DNA from: Botryllus schlosseri
Lineage: Eukaryota
Length of the DNA stretch: 64,000 bases
Direction: 5' to 3'
Assembly: GCA_051294905.1 (NCBI GenBank)
Contig: CM119371.1
Coordinates: 27,964,001-28,028,000, forward strand
Shown: positions 25,460 to 39,093 of the stretch, piece by piece
Layout: each line of letters begins with the position of its first letter
Numbering within the stretch: the stretch's first letter is position 1
Program-made: the position numbers and the translations under genes
The notes under the pieces: generated by a model
Seen by the model: the letters and a program-made list of their open reading frames with translations, nothing else
Database searches by the model: none
What the model was told of the DNA's origin: nothing

Positions 25460-26812
25460 CAGTGGTTCTCAACCTTTTTCGACACGCGACCCCCTGGAGA
25501 TGGTCAAAAAACTCGCGCCCCCCTGACCTCCCTTGCATTTATCGTCATGTCAAAAAGAGCACATCATCTAATACAGAGGTGGGCAACGGTTTTGATAATC
25601 ATGACCGCATTTCGATTGCTTATGTAGCGTAAGGCCGCATTCCAGGGCATAGCCGCAATGAACGATCTGGACGCAAAATTCCTACGGTAAACTGTCCATA
25701 TCCATTCCCGGTGAACTCCGGACCATTCTACTTTTCTCAATGGCCTATTGTACGCACCGAAATCGCGAGTGGCAATGTTATGAATAGTTGCCGGGAGGGG
25801 CATATTGTCGCGCGGAGCGCGAAAATTTTTCAGGGCCGCGAACGAATAGCTATTTCTTGCCAATTCCCATTCCGGCTTAGATTAAGAAGGGCGCTACTGC
25901 ATTAAAATAGAAAAATGAAGTCTTGTTGAATTGCGCGGAGGGCGAAGAAAATTTCAAGATTAATTAAAATCTCTCGAAAATGCGGGAGTGAATTCGTAAT
26001 TGCAATTTGCATGTCTACGGCCGCCAACGCATAGCCTACTAATTGAATTAGGCGTCGACGGCCGCTCAAATTCCCTTCTACGGCTGCAGGCTGCCCACCC
26101 CTGATCTAATAGTATACATAAGGGATATCTTACGCCAATTTTGAATCTGCATTCCAATTGTTGAGTATTTTACATTGCTGACAAATTTCTTCAAACTTGT
26201 TTGAAAATAACAAAAAACATTGAACAAGACATCCATTAATTAATTTCAATGTAGGTCACCCTGAGACTAATCCTGATGCTGGTTGTGAGTACAGAGAGCA
26301 AGGCGTCGTTCTGTCCTGCCAGGCTAAATTTGATCAGCTTTCGAAATGAATTAATTGTGTTGATTTATAGCCTAATTGAGGGCGAAACCGAGCAACCTAT
26401 GTTGCATGTAAGTCTGTCTTAGGCAGTGCAGTTCGCAAGCTACTAACAAGAGCTTCCCAGCGCGACCAGCTTTAGGCTGCTGTCAAAGCTATGAAGCAAT
26501 GAATGACTTACACGTGGGAATTGCTCTCTATATCTCCAAAGAATTTCAAAAATTTGCTCAAATGAAGTTGAAATCAGACTGTATACTCAGTTGAGCACTG
26601 TTGCTAGAGTTTGTATTTTGCAAGCTTTCTTGAATATGGAATAAATTTCATCTTCATTAATCGTCTTCTGATATTGGATGTGAAACACATGTTCAGACAC
26701 GTACAATTTATACTGACTTTGTCAATTTCTCGCGCCTTCCCTATACTGACTTCGTCAATTTCTCGCCCCCCCCCCTGAGAGCCTCCCGCGCCCCCCAGGT
26801 TGAGAACCCCTG
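25460..26812. mobile_element. hAT (Buster/Charlie-type) MITE
   Basis: TIR cagtggttctcaacct...aggttgagaacccctg; perfect TSD cactaaac. Confidence 0.9.
25574..26103. mobile_element. Nested hAT MITE
   Basis: TIR cagaggtgggca...tgcccacccctg; perfect TSD atctaata. Confidence 0.88.
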
Positions 26813-27706
26813 CACTAAACAGATGATTAGCCTACTTACGGTAAAGCGGGCATTCAATCATTAATTCTTCTTCAATATATATCCAACTTGTGGCCAACCT
26901 ACTGAAATTTATACGGGAATCAAAACGTCAGATTTAACTACTGGCTCATTTTGTGTATTTGGAAATTTTCTTGAATCCTATTGGTCAAAATGTTTCAATC
27001 GCCGTGGTGCAAAAAACTTTGATGCTAAATGCACCACTAAATGCTTTTATACATATTACCAATTATTATAATAATCATATCCAACACCATGGGGTTCGGG
27101 CATCGAATTGACTAGCTCGCACAGCGAAAATTGTTCACGGACTATAACGGCGTTCTGGGATGCGTTTCTCTATTTACGTACGCAGATCCTAAAAGCAATA
27201 CACGCTCATGCGCAAGTTGAATTCCAATTCGCATGCACGCACAATAACAAACTGTTGAATTTCGCCGTATGATTAAAATGCTATCACCAAAGACCGGGCA
27301 TATGGTCGTCTAATTCTCATAGTAGACGGCGTACAGTATGTCTGCGTGCGCGCCTTCAAATCGACATGTGCAAGTGCAGCAAGGTCACGTTTATCCTCTG
27401 GCGTCGCATACAACATGGCGTACCACTAATTTGTTCTTCACTACAGGTCGTACCACCTAAATTACTTATTTTACTTGAATGTACCGGTGTTTGTTGGTTA
27501 TTCCTGCTGGTGCTACACCGCAACACTAACGGATAGTATACGACAGCACCATTTATTAATATTATTGCAACTGTTTCCTATGCAGAAGCTCGCCAATGAA
27601 GTACGACACTACTCCCAGCACTCTTCGCGTTCCACCTAGGAAGCTGTGTAGTACCACTGTGGTACGCGTACCACACTTTGAGAATCACTTGCTAATTACT
27701 CAGCAG

Positions 27707-28493
27707 TAGGGCGATTTTTTACCTAAAAAAGAAAGATTTTGACCTAAAAATTCCAAATTTTAACATTTTTCGACCGTAAAATACTTAATTTTGACCATAT
27801 TTTGAGACGAAACGTATGCAAATTAGCAGTTTCCCATTACGAAGTATAGTTTGGACTGGAAAAACTTTTTTGACTCAACAACTGAGTGATTTTTACATGA
27901 AAAATCTTTATTTTTACGAAATCTGGCCCTATGAAAAATTCCAGTAGTTACATCACGTAATATGGTAGAAATAATTAAAATTTGTTGTAGTACAACGAAA
28001 GATACTTTCCTACGGTCTCGGGTTAAAAATGTATGTCCTTACTAAGTAGCTTGCCAATAATGGAGAAAGAACGTTCAACAGCAGCCGTTGCTGGCTGGCA
28101 ACAATGAAGTTGTGCGTTCACTGCTGGTGATGACACACCGTGTTGCTTCATTCTGACAATGTTGTCTACATGACAATGTTTCATCATGCGCTTCTTGATA
28201 TAATAACCACGCAATGTCTACGCAGTCTTGCTTCAGTTAGGATATTGCGGCGAACACAATGTCAACCTATTTGTTACATTTGAATGTTTATGCTTCATAA
28301 TGAGCATACAATTGGCCGTCTACAACGGTAGGCCTATAAAGTAGGCAACGAGCTGTAAAATGTCAAATGATAAGTTCAACAATAGTTCAAAATCTACGAT
28401 ACTAACGAAATGCAGGTTACAGAAACAATTTGATATTTTGTGACGTAACGCTACAATTTTGACTTTTTTTGACATATCAAAATAATCACCCTA
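27707..28493 (-). mobile_element. hAT deletion derivative retaining the C-terminal dimerisation domain
   Basis: TIR tagggcgattttt...aaataatcacccta; TSD ctcagcag/ctcatcag; minus ORF CQPATAAVERSFSIIGKLL (hATC-like). Confidence 0.85.
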
Positions 28494-28804
28494 CTCATCA
28501 GTTAATTTGCTCAGCTCACATAAGCACCAGTCTAATTTTGTGAAATTCATTGTGATCAATATTTCTGGATTGCCATCAGTTTGTGTTGATGACGAAATTA
28601 CGCGTATGACGAATAACCACGTCCGAGAATATAGTAATACACGGGATATCTGGCAAAACCAGGTTTATCGCGTTTTATACGAACAGTTTGAACATGCTTA
28701 GTTTTAAAAAGGTAGCGACAGCGAGGCAACAATTCTTAATTTTTGAACGATTACCGTAAAATTTTGTGACTTCAGCCAAAAGTATTAGCACAGCATCCTA
28801 TAAA

Positions 28805-28939
28805 TACATCGGAGCTGGAGCTGCTTTTCAAACAACCGGCTCCAGGTCCTGCTCCGGCCCCATCAGAATCTTATTTAGAGCTCCAGCTCCGGCTCCGTTG
28901 AAAATACACGGCTCTGGGGCTCCGGCTCCCAAGCCCCGG
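28805..28939. mobile_element. Right-end remnant of a (ggctcc)n-type MITE
   Basis: Clustered ggagct/ggctcc motifs ending ccaagccccgg; left end not found. Confidence 0.45.
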
Positions 28940-29629
28940 GTTAGTACAACGCCCTGCTGACTAAAATGAGCGATGCTCATGGTTACCACAAAAGAAGTAA
29001 TATTTTAATAAAGTAGGAAAAATGCAACAATAAATACCATGATCATAAACGTGTGACTAATCAGTTAGACTTTTGTTGTTCCTTTCAAAGACAAGTTCAT
29101 ACAGTCTCGCGGCTTCGCATCTGGATAGTAAATCGCCATCGTGTTGTTCAGTCTTCGGTTCCGATTTCGAGCCACAACCTCCCTCGCTTACGCCACTGCA
29201 CACAACGTACCAATAAAACAGTCACAATACAAATGCTGATCGAACCTAATTGCCCACAACCAATGTTGGCCCAAACGGGTTTGTCTTCACAAATCAAATG
29301 TATGATTTTAGTGTCTGCTGTAACCCCCAAGGATCCCCTGAGACTGGCTCATGGAATGTCTGCGGTTCCCGGGAAAACTGGTTAAGAATCACGATCTAGT
29401 TAGTTTTGCTTTAATTAGTTCGTTGCGGATTTTTAAAGGTAGTTAGTTAATAGTTATAGTTCCTGCGATACTTGAGAGTTTTGAAAGTGAGTAGTTTTAG
29501 TTGTAGTTAAATTTGCATTTAAACAAATTGTGTTTCGAACAAATGCCTCGAAAAAACTAATTGTGCTTTGATTCAAACGTTGTATAATTATGCCATAAGT
29601 GTGTGAATTCATTCGAAAAACATCTAGAG

Positions 29630-30616
29630 CAGTGGTCGATAATCTATGGCTCGCGAGCCCTGCATGGCTCATTTGGGTATAAGATATGGCTCTTTATTGA
29701 TATACTTTTGATTTTGTACTAAATTATATCGATATTGCAGCAATTTGTTGGTAGTTTGTCTTAGCGGCCAGAATAATTACTCTCGTGGCAGCATAAACAG
29801 TTGAACACGTGTTTAAAAGTTCAAGGCAGTGTCGTATCCAGGGTTAAGGACTCGGACCCCTTTACAGAATACTCAAGTTTAAGTTGCTGTAGCGCTAGCG
29901 ACCAATATCTCTCGCGAATTCGATGTACCGGGCACGCGCGCAGCGTAATCTTGGATTGCACCATACGTTAGTTGATCAAGAGAATAGCAGACATCGGGAC
30001 GCCTATATAACAATCTAGTTTTGAAATATACATTGTCTTCCTGATCCACGCCGAGAAATGAACTGCCTTGGAAGTGACATTCCAATTACAAATCCAAATT
30101 ACAAACAACGCTTCGCTATCCACGCATCCAAATTGATTTGGTTAGCAGCTTCCTAGTAATGCATGCCCTTAAAATATAGGCGTCTCGTGCAACGTTTAAG
30201 TTACCATCGAATTGAGAAGTCGATCAGTATTTATTTTTGGAATCAGTGCTGTTGTATTAGATCTATATCAGTTAATATAAATTCTGAGCTATTGACGATG
30301 AATTGCGCTATCACAGGATGATTAGTAGCATACGATTTCAAAGACTACTCCAAGTCGTTTCGACACCTTTCTATCTTTTCCTTGTATCGCAGTTTCGTGG
30401 TGTTTTGAAATTATAAAAATATTTATACGAGTTTTACATAGGAAACAGGGCGCGCACGACAAATCCCATGTAGTGAGTTCGAATTAGTACTACGATAACG
30501 TCACGAACTTCCAATTGTGACGTAACAATTGATTGCCCTTTACGGCTCTTTGGTAAGTAAAATGGAAAATATAGGGATAACGTGGCTCTTCAGCCGAAAA
30601 AAGTTCCCGACCACTG
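29630..30616. mobile_element. hAT MITE inserted into an older copy of the 38605 family
   Basis: TIR cagtggtcga...tcccgaccactg; TSD atctagag/atgtagag; flanks ~29500-29629 and ~30625-30910 match 38640-38980; second copy at 51232-52543. Confidence 0.85.
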
Positions 30617-31244
30617 ATGTAGAGTATGAGCCTTTACGGACGATTCGCACTTAATAGAATTGACTTATACGATATGGAGTAGCTGGAACCCGCAAAATCT
30701 TCGTCAGTTCGACAGTTACAGCAAGCAGATATAAATCGTTGGTACGGAACGGGTGTTCTGGTGATGATGACCGCCGACCGTAAAAATGCTGCATAACAGT
30801 GTAGTCCTACCATGATTGAAGATATTTTTGGTCTGTTATGACGGTGGTCGGAAGACTATTTCGTCGAAGGAGCCATATTTACCTTTCGACCGTGAATGTC
30901 AATCCATAGTTTTCTCCTACCTCTATTGTCTACTTCCACCACAGGTAATGTTGGCACGCCCTGAAAATCGCTTCTTCCGCTTGTAATTGATTAGAATTGG
31001 ACGGTATTATAGTTCTATTTCTAGTTGCGTACTAGCAATAACTACTCTGCCTACCTCTGGCTATTATATAACGAACAATGAAATTTTGTGATTAGAAAAA
31101 ACATATCTTTTCATGATGTAATCTTTTGAAAATTTTAGAACGCAGCAATACACTAACTTGCTCACGATATTTGAAGAAAGTCCGATAAATCTAATTGTAT
31201 GCTCATCAAAGCTAAAGTCGCAAGGTGTACTCGCAAGGTTAGAA

Positions 31245-32645
31245 ATGCCCCATACCCAGCATCGTAAAGGATGCAATGATAATATTTGCGAGGTATGTGG
31301 AATGGGATTCATCATCAAATCTTATCTGACAAGACACATGAAAATTCACGCCACTTCGAAGCAGTTTGAGTGCGAGATATGCGGAAAAAGCTTTGTGCAA
31401 AGGCCTTACCTGATACATCATCTCGCGTCCCACGCGATAAAGAAGGAATATAAGTGTGACATATGCGGAAGATCATTCAACACTAGATGGAACTTGAGGA
31501 AACATGTGAGCATCCACGCCGGGGTGGAAGACTGTGAATGCGAAATTTGCGGAAAAGGTTTCGCTGGTAAGGGCTATTTGAAAACACATTTTTTGAGTCA
31601 TACTGGAGCCAAACATTACAAGTGTCATATATGCAGCAAAGGTTTCGGAGACAAAAGTAATCTTAAAAGTCATCAGTTGATTCATATCAAGACGAAAGTT
31701 TACGAGTGCAATATATGCGGCAAACTTTTCCGACGGAAAAATACACTGAACAATCATTACTTGATTCATACGAAGTGTAAAGATTACGCGTGTCAGGTAT
31801 GCGGCAAAGGTTTCCGAACAAAGTGGGACCAGAAAAGTCATTTTTCGATTCATACTGCAGCGAAAGATTACGAGTGCCGAATATGCGCAAAAGGATTCAA
31901 AACAGGATCTCATCTGGAGAGTCATTATTTAATTCACACCGGAGATAAGCAACATGAGTGCAAAATTTGTGGGAAAGCATTTCGTTGGAAATCGAGCCTT
32001 AAGGGACACGTGAAGGTGATACACTTGAATATGAAAGAATATGAGTGCGATTTTTGCGGGAAAGCTTTTGTGCAAGATAGCCATCTAAGATATCACTATG
32101 CTGCCCATATGGATCTGAAATCCCACATAGACATACAATACCAGTGCGAGGTATGTGGGAAACGATTCGATCTTAAATGCAATTTGGAAAAACACATGAA
32201 CGTTCACGTCGGATTGAAAGAGGATGAATGCGATGTATGTGCGAAACTATACGCCAACAAATCGCAATTAAGAGCACACATGAAATTTCACTCCGGATTT
32301 AAAGAGTTTGAATGCGATATTTGTGGTAAAGCATTCGGATCGAAGTCGTACGTTCAGATACACATAGAGTCGGCCCACTTAAACACGGAAGGATATGAGT
32401 GTGATACATGCGGTAAAGTCTTTCGGCAACAATCAAACCTTATAGCTCACTATTCCATCCACACGGAAACGAAATACCCGTGTGCAGTATGCGGGAAAAT
32501 ATTCAATGTCAAATCCTACTTGAGAATCCACAGCAAGATTCACTCGGGAGTAAAAGAGCATGAGTGCGATATATGCGGAAGGATGTTCGGTGCAAAGAGT
32601 TCTCTTCTTCGTCACTTGCGAATCCACGGAAGCGACGGGAAGTAA
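31245..32645 (+). CDS. C2H2 zinc-finger protein, 16 fingers, 466 aa (ZF copy 3)
   Basis: Intact ORF; the start homologous to the other copies is ttagaaATG at 31245, not the TTG at 31158 used by the ORF track. Confidence 0.92.
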   Translation: MPHTQHRKGCNDNICEVCGMGFIIKSYLTRHMKIHATSKQFECEICGKSFVQRPYLIHHLASHAIKKEYKCDICGRSFNTRWNLRKHVSIHAGVEDCECEICGKGFAGKGYLKTHFLSHTGAKHYKCHICSKGFGDKSNLKSHQLIHIKTKVYECNICGKLFRRKNTLNNHYLIHTKCKDYACQVCGKGFRTKWDQKSHFSIHTAAKDYECRICAKGFKTGSHLESHYLIHTGDKQHECKICGKAFRWKSSLKGHVKVIHLNMKEYECDFCGKAFVQDSHLRYHYAAHMDLKSHIDIQYQCEVCGKRFDLKCNLEKHMNVHVGLKEDECDVCAKLYANKSQLRAHMKFHSGFKEFECDICGKAFGSKSYVQIHIESAHLNTEGYECDTCGKVFRQQSNLIAHYSIHTETKYPCAVCGKIFNVKSYLRIHSKIHSGVKEHECDICGRMFGAKSSLLRHLRIHGSDGK

Positions 32646-33479
32646 GGATGCACATTTCGTGGGACAAATCGAAGACGGTAGAAATTGCTACAGTAGAAAA
32701 TGTCATCGCATCCAGAATATTCGTCCGCTGCATCCGTGGAGACGTTTTGATAAAAGAAGTGATATCTTGGTAACAATGAATTAGCCTGCTATGATATTGG
32801 TGTCGGTCGCAGCATCGAATACATATGGGACTAATAAACATTATTATAATGTAACGTAAACCAATTCAAGAGTAGGTACTAAGTAGACGCTTCGCACAAC
32901 CACTGTAAATTAGACTAGAGGACCGGGGCTATGGAATTGATCTGATTCATACTATACCGAAAGAGGATGGCAATATCTGTGTTTACGACAAGTTGATAGA
33001 TTTTTCTTTCGAAATGTAAATTGGGGATTTTATGATATTTTGAAGAGCAATGGAATTTCACGCGCACGCTCGCTGATAGCCCTTGAGCGTGTTCTTTTGA
33101 GGATTGGCGGTGTTTTCTTCATGACATGGTGCTTCATGCTTCTAGTATATTTTACGTTGTCATCCAAGCTATGCTTCAGGACGTGCGAACATGTCATCAT
33201 GCATTGGGAAGTAGTTATTTAGTATCAACTGTTCGAATTTACTTAAAAAAAAACAATGAATACATGCTTTTTAATGTGTAGGTTACTCTGCGTCAACCAC
33301 CAGCTAACGTGCGGCTTTTTGCCAGGTTTCGTGTCTTCTTTCTTTTGCTCGTCAATGCAAATGGCGATATATGCAAGTCAACTATGTAACTTGTCAACTC
33401 TCAACGACGAATGTCACATTACGGCAGCTATCAATATCTTACCGTCGCGAATACTTGTCTCATAGTCTTTGACCTTTCA

Positions 33480-35197
33480 GTCGCGACGCCGACGTGAACC
33501 CACATATCTCAGTATTTTTGTAATACCAATTGCTCGAATTATGTGTTGAATATGACCGACAAACATGATGCTTCAGTGCGGCCAGTTCTGTGGCGGTAAT
33601 TTCATCTGACAGTCGGGTGCCGCGTTCCAGACAAAGGGCAATTACATCTTTAATGTAATCGATAACAATTACAGATTGCGATATTAGTCGTTCCCAACCT
33701 TTTTCGACTCATCGCCCCCTTATCCAGCTCAACGCAAATCCCTCCTCCCATATTTACGCTCCCGAAAAAAAGAGGACATATATGCTAAACAGGAAAGCTA
33801 TTCACCTAATTCTCATCGCTGATGAATTGACCAAAAAAACATTTTCTGAGTATGTGCTCGAAAAACTGGTTTCAGTTGAGTTGACCTCTTCGTTTAGTCA
33901 ACTTTCGCGTCATATGCAGTATAAGCCGTCTTCACGTGCATTTTTGATCGTGTTGATTAAATATATCTCATTGGATATTCTATCATTTTCGCCCCCAGTC
34001 GCCCCCTTTGGTATTGTCGCCTTCTTGCTTCTCAAAATCATCCAAGAAGGGGATGGGGGTAGCCTACCGCCGACGTTAGCAACTACTGTACTAGACAGAG
34101 GTTTTGCAATGTAAACAACAATGAGATAATGACCATTTAGTTTAGGCCCTATGCATAACAAGGCTCTTCCCGGCAAACCCAAGCAATGTGCTGCTCTTAG
34201 CCTCCAACAGGTGGTCACCTCTGTTGGCTTGAAAGGTCAGTAGATATTTTGTGTCCACTATTCAACTTCAATGCGTGTCGATACACGAATTGCCAGTATA
34301 TAATGTTGAATAAATTGTAAATAGTGAACAACTGGTCTGGTCCATCGTTTTGCACCGTAATCGGCGGTGTCTGCAGTGCACTGACTATCCATAATGCGGG
34401 GAAGCCGTGGCGAGTATATCTGGTTATTGATATAGGTAATAATAATATTCCGGTCGCGTGATGCTGAACCGTGCAGTGCTAATTTGGTAGCGTTAGTGGA
34501 AATACGGTGTATTAAATTTAAGTCGACTTCGTTCATACTAGCTTACAATTAGTTTGACAGATTCTGGGCGAGAACCCATTTTGTATCCCAAAACGCCTTT
34601 TATCAATTGACAACGGGGGGAGCCGTCATGAAGATAGGAACGAGACATTACAAAAAGGAAAACCAAATTGGTCACGTCACTATTGCCAAATATAAGATTA
34701 GGGTGTAACATCGCTCGCCGTGAAAAAGATTAAATCGGGTAAATTTACTTTACATTACACTCACATACACCAATCTTATTTATGATTCCGATAAATCTCG
34801 TATCAAAAGAGCCGTTGAAGTGCATCAGAACACTACGTTTCAGTAGATTACATCAAGTATGTATAAAACTTGTTGAAGTAAGTATGCAAACAAATTACTA
34901 GCACATGAAACCTGTTGCGGTAGAAGCACTTTCTTACTGATGGCTATATAGTCCGATATGACAACTTTTGTTGCTCTCAAATCGTATTAAAGTTGCACTT
35001 GATTTTACCAAAAGATGCAGTAAAAAGTTTCATCTATAAAATGCCAACATTCAATCATCACCGCACTATGAAAAAAAGGGCCCTGACTGACAACTAGCCC
35101 TCTAGCCTCACTCAATCAGCCACGGAAGCAATACTGCGCAACAATCTTTCTTCGGTCTTCACTCACGCACGACCAATAAAAAGGTGATCGGATAGAG
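33480..35197 (+). repeat. Duplicated 3' flank of the ZF unit
   Basis: Colinear with ~49150-49610, 50425-51230, 52545-52686 and 53498-53745; a third partial copy at ~38500-38596, 39350-39492, 40106-40300. Confidence 0.85.
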
Positions 35198-37340
35198 CAG
35201 TGGTTCTTAACCTTGCTCCCAGCGCCCCCCAGGGGGCGCTAGCGATTTTGAAGGGGGGCGGAAACGCTCAAGGGGCGATATGGGGGGCGCTGGGTTCAGG
35301 GGGCGGTATGGGGGGCGCTGGAGAAAAATGGCTTCGCAGTAGATGATGTGGTGATAGGACATATCCTTAATGAGTATTCAGAGCAAATTAACACCGACAA
35401 CTTCGCTATATATAGCCTTCAAAGTACATATAGGTTTAATTGTCCATGGGCGCCTAAATGACTGGCACCGAATGTTCCTGTCTTGGCAATCTGAACCCCA
35501 GAACACGAATTCCATCTGGCAGGGAAAAATTATATGCCAGTGAAGAAATACCAATTTGAAATCGTGTGTGTCTCTTAGTTTAGTACGATTGGGCGACAAG
35601 GATATTCCTGTTGGGCGATATCCCTGTTGGGCGATTCTATATTTTTTGATATTGCAGACAGGAGGTCACGAAATAACATCATGCAACGAAGTCATATTAA
35701 CGGGTTCGCCCGCCCGAATATGTTATATTAACTAATATATTATTAGTTACGGGCCCTACAATTTCCAAGACACCTGACAATGTTCGCTTCAAGTTTTGAT
35801 GAGTCTGCGCACACGCACACTCAACAACTCACTGCGCTGACCCTTGGACAACAGTGCGTAACGACTCAAAAAAGGTCATAACTTCGGATTTGTTGCAGAG
35901 ATGGGCGGATTCCCAAATTTCGGGATCCGAATCTATCCGGATCCGGCTGGCAAGTGGAAATTCAGAGTCCGAAAAATTCCGGCTGGTGAAGGTCCAGTTC
36001 GGAATCCGAAAAAATCCTGCCAGAACAATGCTAATTAATCATATTGCAGCAAAAGAATCCGGCTAAAATCCGACCGTCACCGCAAATTCAGAATCCGGAT
36101 CCAGTCCGGTTAGGTAAAAAATCAATGAAATCCTGCTCCGGCTCCGGCTCCTGAACCGGACTGTGGCCATCTCTGATTTGTTGTGAGCAAAGTAGATTTT
36201 CTGTGCGCAGAGACGGTGTCAGCACTGCGCACGTGCGCAGCTTTGAGGGAACATTGCATCTCACTCAGCTCTACCGGTAAATCTGGTAACGTGCGCAGAG
36301 AGGACAAGAAATTGATAGCAATATATTTGCAATCCCCGGTCTTACTGACCGATTTTCGCATGAATTATCGAAAGTTTTCGCGCTTCGCACTGGCTCGCTA
36401 AACAGTACAGCTGATTCCGTGACAAAAGCGAACAACGTGATGGGGGGGGGGGGGGCGGTGGTCGGTTTATCACCCTATGGGAGCCCAAGACCCAAGTTTT
36501 TTCGGGGGATGTATAATTATTATTGAGGGTCCTACCTTTTCAAACACACATCACTCAGCTCTACCGGTAAATCTGTTTACGTGAGCAGAGAGAGGATAAA
36601 AATTGATCTCAATATACATGCAATTCCCGATCATATTGACCAATTTCAATCATTAATTAGTGAAATTTTCCGCGCGTCGCGCGTCTAGGCGAGTGTAGCT
36701 GCCTCAGTAAATGGACAGTTGGACACCCAATGTAGATACCTTGTATCAGCAAATAGCGGACAGCCGAGTGGGGGTCTGGGGGTGAAGTCCCCCGGAAGTT
36801 TGGTTTATCACCCGATGAGGGCCCAGCACCAACGTTTTTTGTTTGGGGGGGGGGCTGACGAAGTGCTGTTACGGCCCTGGTAACGAATAATTTTACCTAA
36901 TGGCACGCCCCAATATGTTTAATTATTACTTACGGGCCCTTTATTTTCCTATACAACAGCTCACTCAGCGCTACTGGTAAATCTGATTACGTGAGCTGAG
37001 AGGATAAAAAGTTTATAGCGACATATATATATATGAATTACCACCTATTCATTCATGCATTATAGAAGATTTTGGTAACTAGGGCGACCAGGCCACACAA
37101 ACTTTGCTGACCATCGAAATAACGCTATGGGGTTCGTGGGGGCGAAGCCCTCAGAAGTTTGGTTTATCACGCTATGGGTGCGCAAGGCAATCGTTTATAG
37201 GGGGGTCGACGAAGTGCTGTTACGGCCCTCCCTCTTACTCATTGTCTTTATTACATTCCTCATAATATGAAGTTGGGGGGCGCTGGAGCACGATAATTTT
37301 TGAAAGGGGGCGCTGGACGAAAAAAGGTTATGAACCACTG
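35198..37340. mobile_element. Composite hAT element carrying part of another MITE family
   Basis: TIR cagtggttcttaacct...aggttatgaaccactg; perfect TSD ggatagag; empty site near 53725; interior homologous to 44870-45847. Confidence 0.9.
35896..36175. mobile_element. Nested hAT MITE with ccgga subterminal repeats
   Basis: TIR cagagatgg...ccatctctg; perfect TSD atttgttg. Confidence 0.9.
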
Positions 37341-37368
37341 GGATAGAGCAACATCTAACATTCCATAC

Positions 37369-38495
37369 AAGTGGTTCTCGAGCTGGTGTCCGCGAGACAA
37401 TTCTTCAGGTCCACGAAAGAAGTTCCAAAAATTCCCATGATCCAAAAAACTTAATTCGTGTTATAAATATTTTCAAACAACGTATTGTTCAGACCAAATT
37501 CGAAGGTGACCTGAGGTTATACCGTAAGGCATCATACAGAAGAGTATTTTGGTGAAGAGTTATTCAATTTGAAATTTTTGTCGCGCATAGCTAGATTTAG
37601 TGTCACTTGATTTCTTGATTTTGTTGCGTGCACTGTGCATAACCACTCCCGAACAAAATAGTCATAACTTATTTGGTTATTTGGAAGCGCGTAGCGTGAA
37701 CATTTTCCGTATTTCATGGTGGCATTTGGTGAATGAGATTGCCAATTACATATATTACTATAACAGTTTGTCCCTTCTCTGCCCACGTGATCGTATTTAC
37801 CAGTTCACTGAGGGAAGTAGTGTCTTTGAAAAGTTCGGGCGGCGAATTCATTACCAATTTTCAGTAGTTACATCTTCGGGCGGGCCCGTTGTTACTACGT
37901 ACTTTTTGCATGTTTTCGCTTCGTGACCATACGTCTTTTGTATAGTCAAAATATATTGGAATCGACCGGAAAGTGCCAGACTAAAATAAAAGAAGAAATT
38001 ATTCGGTGTGACGCAGATTCCAAATTGACATTTCGTCTCATAGCGAATCATTTTTTCTTTGGGTCGTAGTTATCCTGTGGGGTTAATAATGCCAGGACTA
38101 CAATATTTGCGTCGCGGCAATTGTTTGCTGAATATAACGATAAATCGGTCTGGAATGCTACATTTACCGATCAACGTTAGCGAAGCCACTAGAGGAAAGA
38201 ATCAATTCCAATTCTCAGGCATTACACAGTAACGTACTGTCCAATTTCACGCTGCAATCAAATTGACTGTCACGAAAATCTGGCTGACGAATTATTGTGA
38301 GCACGCGGGATCACGGTGCGTATGGTTGCAAAAAATAATTATGTGAGTCGTGAAGTTACACCAGTTATGAAGCGAATCTGTCCCGTCATTTACCTAATTG
38401 AAAAAATAGTAATTAGGTTATCAGTCGTTTTGTGAATTTGGAGGTCTCACGGACCCCATGAAAATGCTTCGTGGACCCCCAGTTGAGAACCACTT
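37369..38495. mobile_element. hAT-type MITE
   Basis: TIR aagtggttctc...gagaaccactt; no clear TSD; interior shared with 53745-53940 and 54170-54850. Confidence 0.65.
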
Positions 38496-38604
38496 ATAGT
38501 GTAGTAAATTATATCGAGTTTCGTTCATTCTTGCTTTTAATTAGTTTGGTCGGTTCTGAGTGAGAATCCATGTTGTATCGGAAAACGCCTGTTATCTCCA
38601 TAGG

Positions 38605-39093
38605 TAGGGTTGCATTTTAAAAAAAATAGAAATAATAAATAAACAGATCGAGGCCTTTTAAATAAATGTATTTTTTAAGTTGTATAATTATCCCATAGTT
38701 GTGTAAATATTTTCCAAAAAATATGTTGTATGAGCCTACGGACGAATACCACCCGATATTTACCGACGTATACGATATGGGATGGTTGGAACCCTTGAAA
38801 TAGTCGGTTCCACAGCTATAGAATGAATGTTCTAATGATGATGACCAACGACCGCCAAAGTGCTGCATGAGGAAGTAGTCCTGATAAAAGATATTTTAGG
38901 TCCGTGACAGGCGTTGGAAGCCTATTTCGTCTAATGAGCTATATTTACCCTGTAATTACAATTGTGAATGCCAATCCACTATGACATCACAATTGAATAT
39001 TCGTTACCTCAGATTTAAATGACATGTTTCAAACAGGGGCCGTGTTTTAAACATGTTCGATTTGAATTGATTTTTGTTTTAAATACAACCCTA
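38605..39093. mobile_element. hAT-type MITE
   Basis: TIR tagggttgcattt...aaatacaacccta; TSD tccatagg/tccgtagg. Confidence 0.85.

Noticed and set aside
29148..29330. Small ORF with a hydrophobic stretch followed by basic residues
   Set aside because: Short, non-ATG start, no supporting homology or splice evidence
31158..31244. 29-aa N-terminal extension of ZF copy 3
   Set aside because: It starts at TTG, is not open in the paralogues, and the homologous ATG is at 31245
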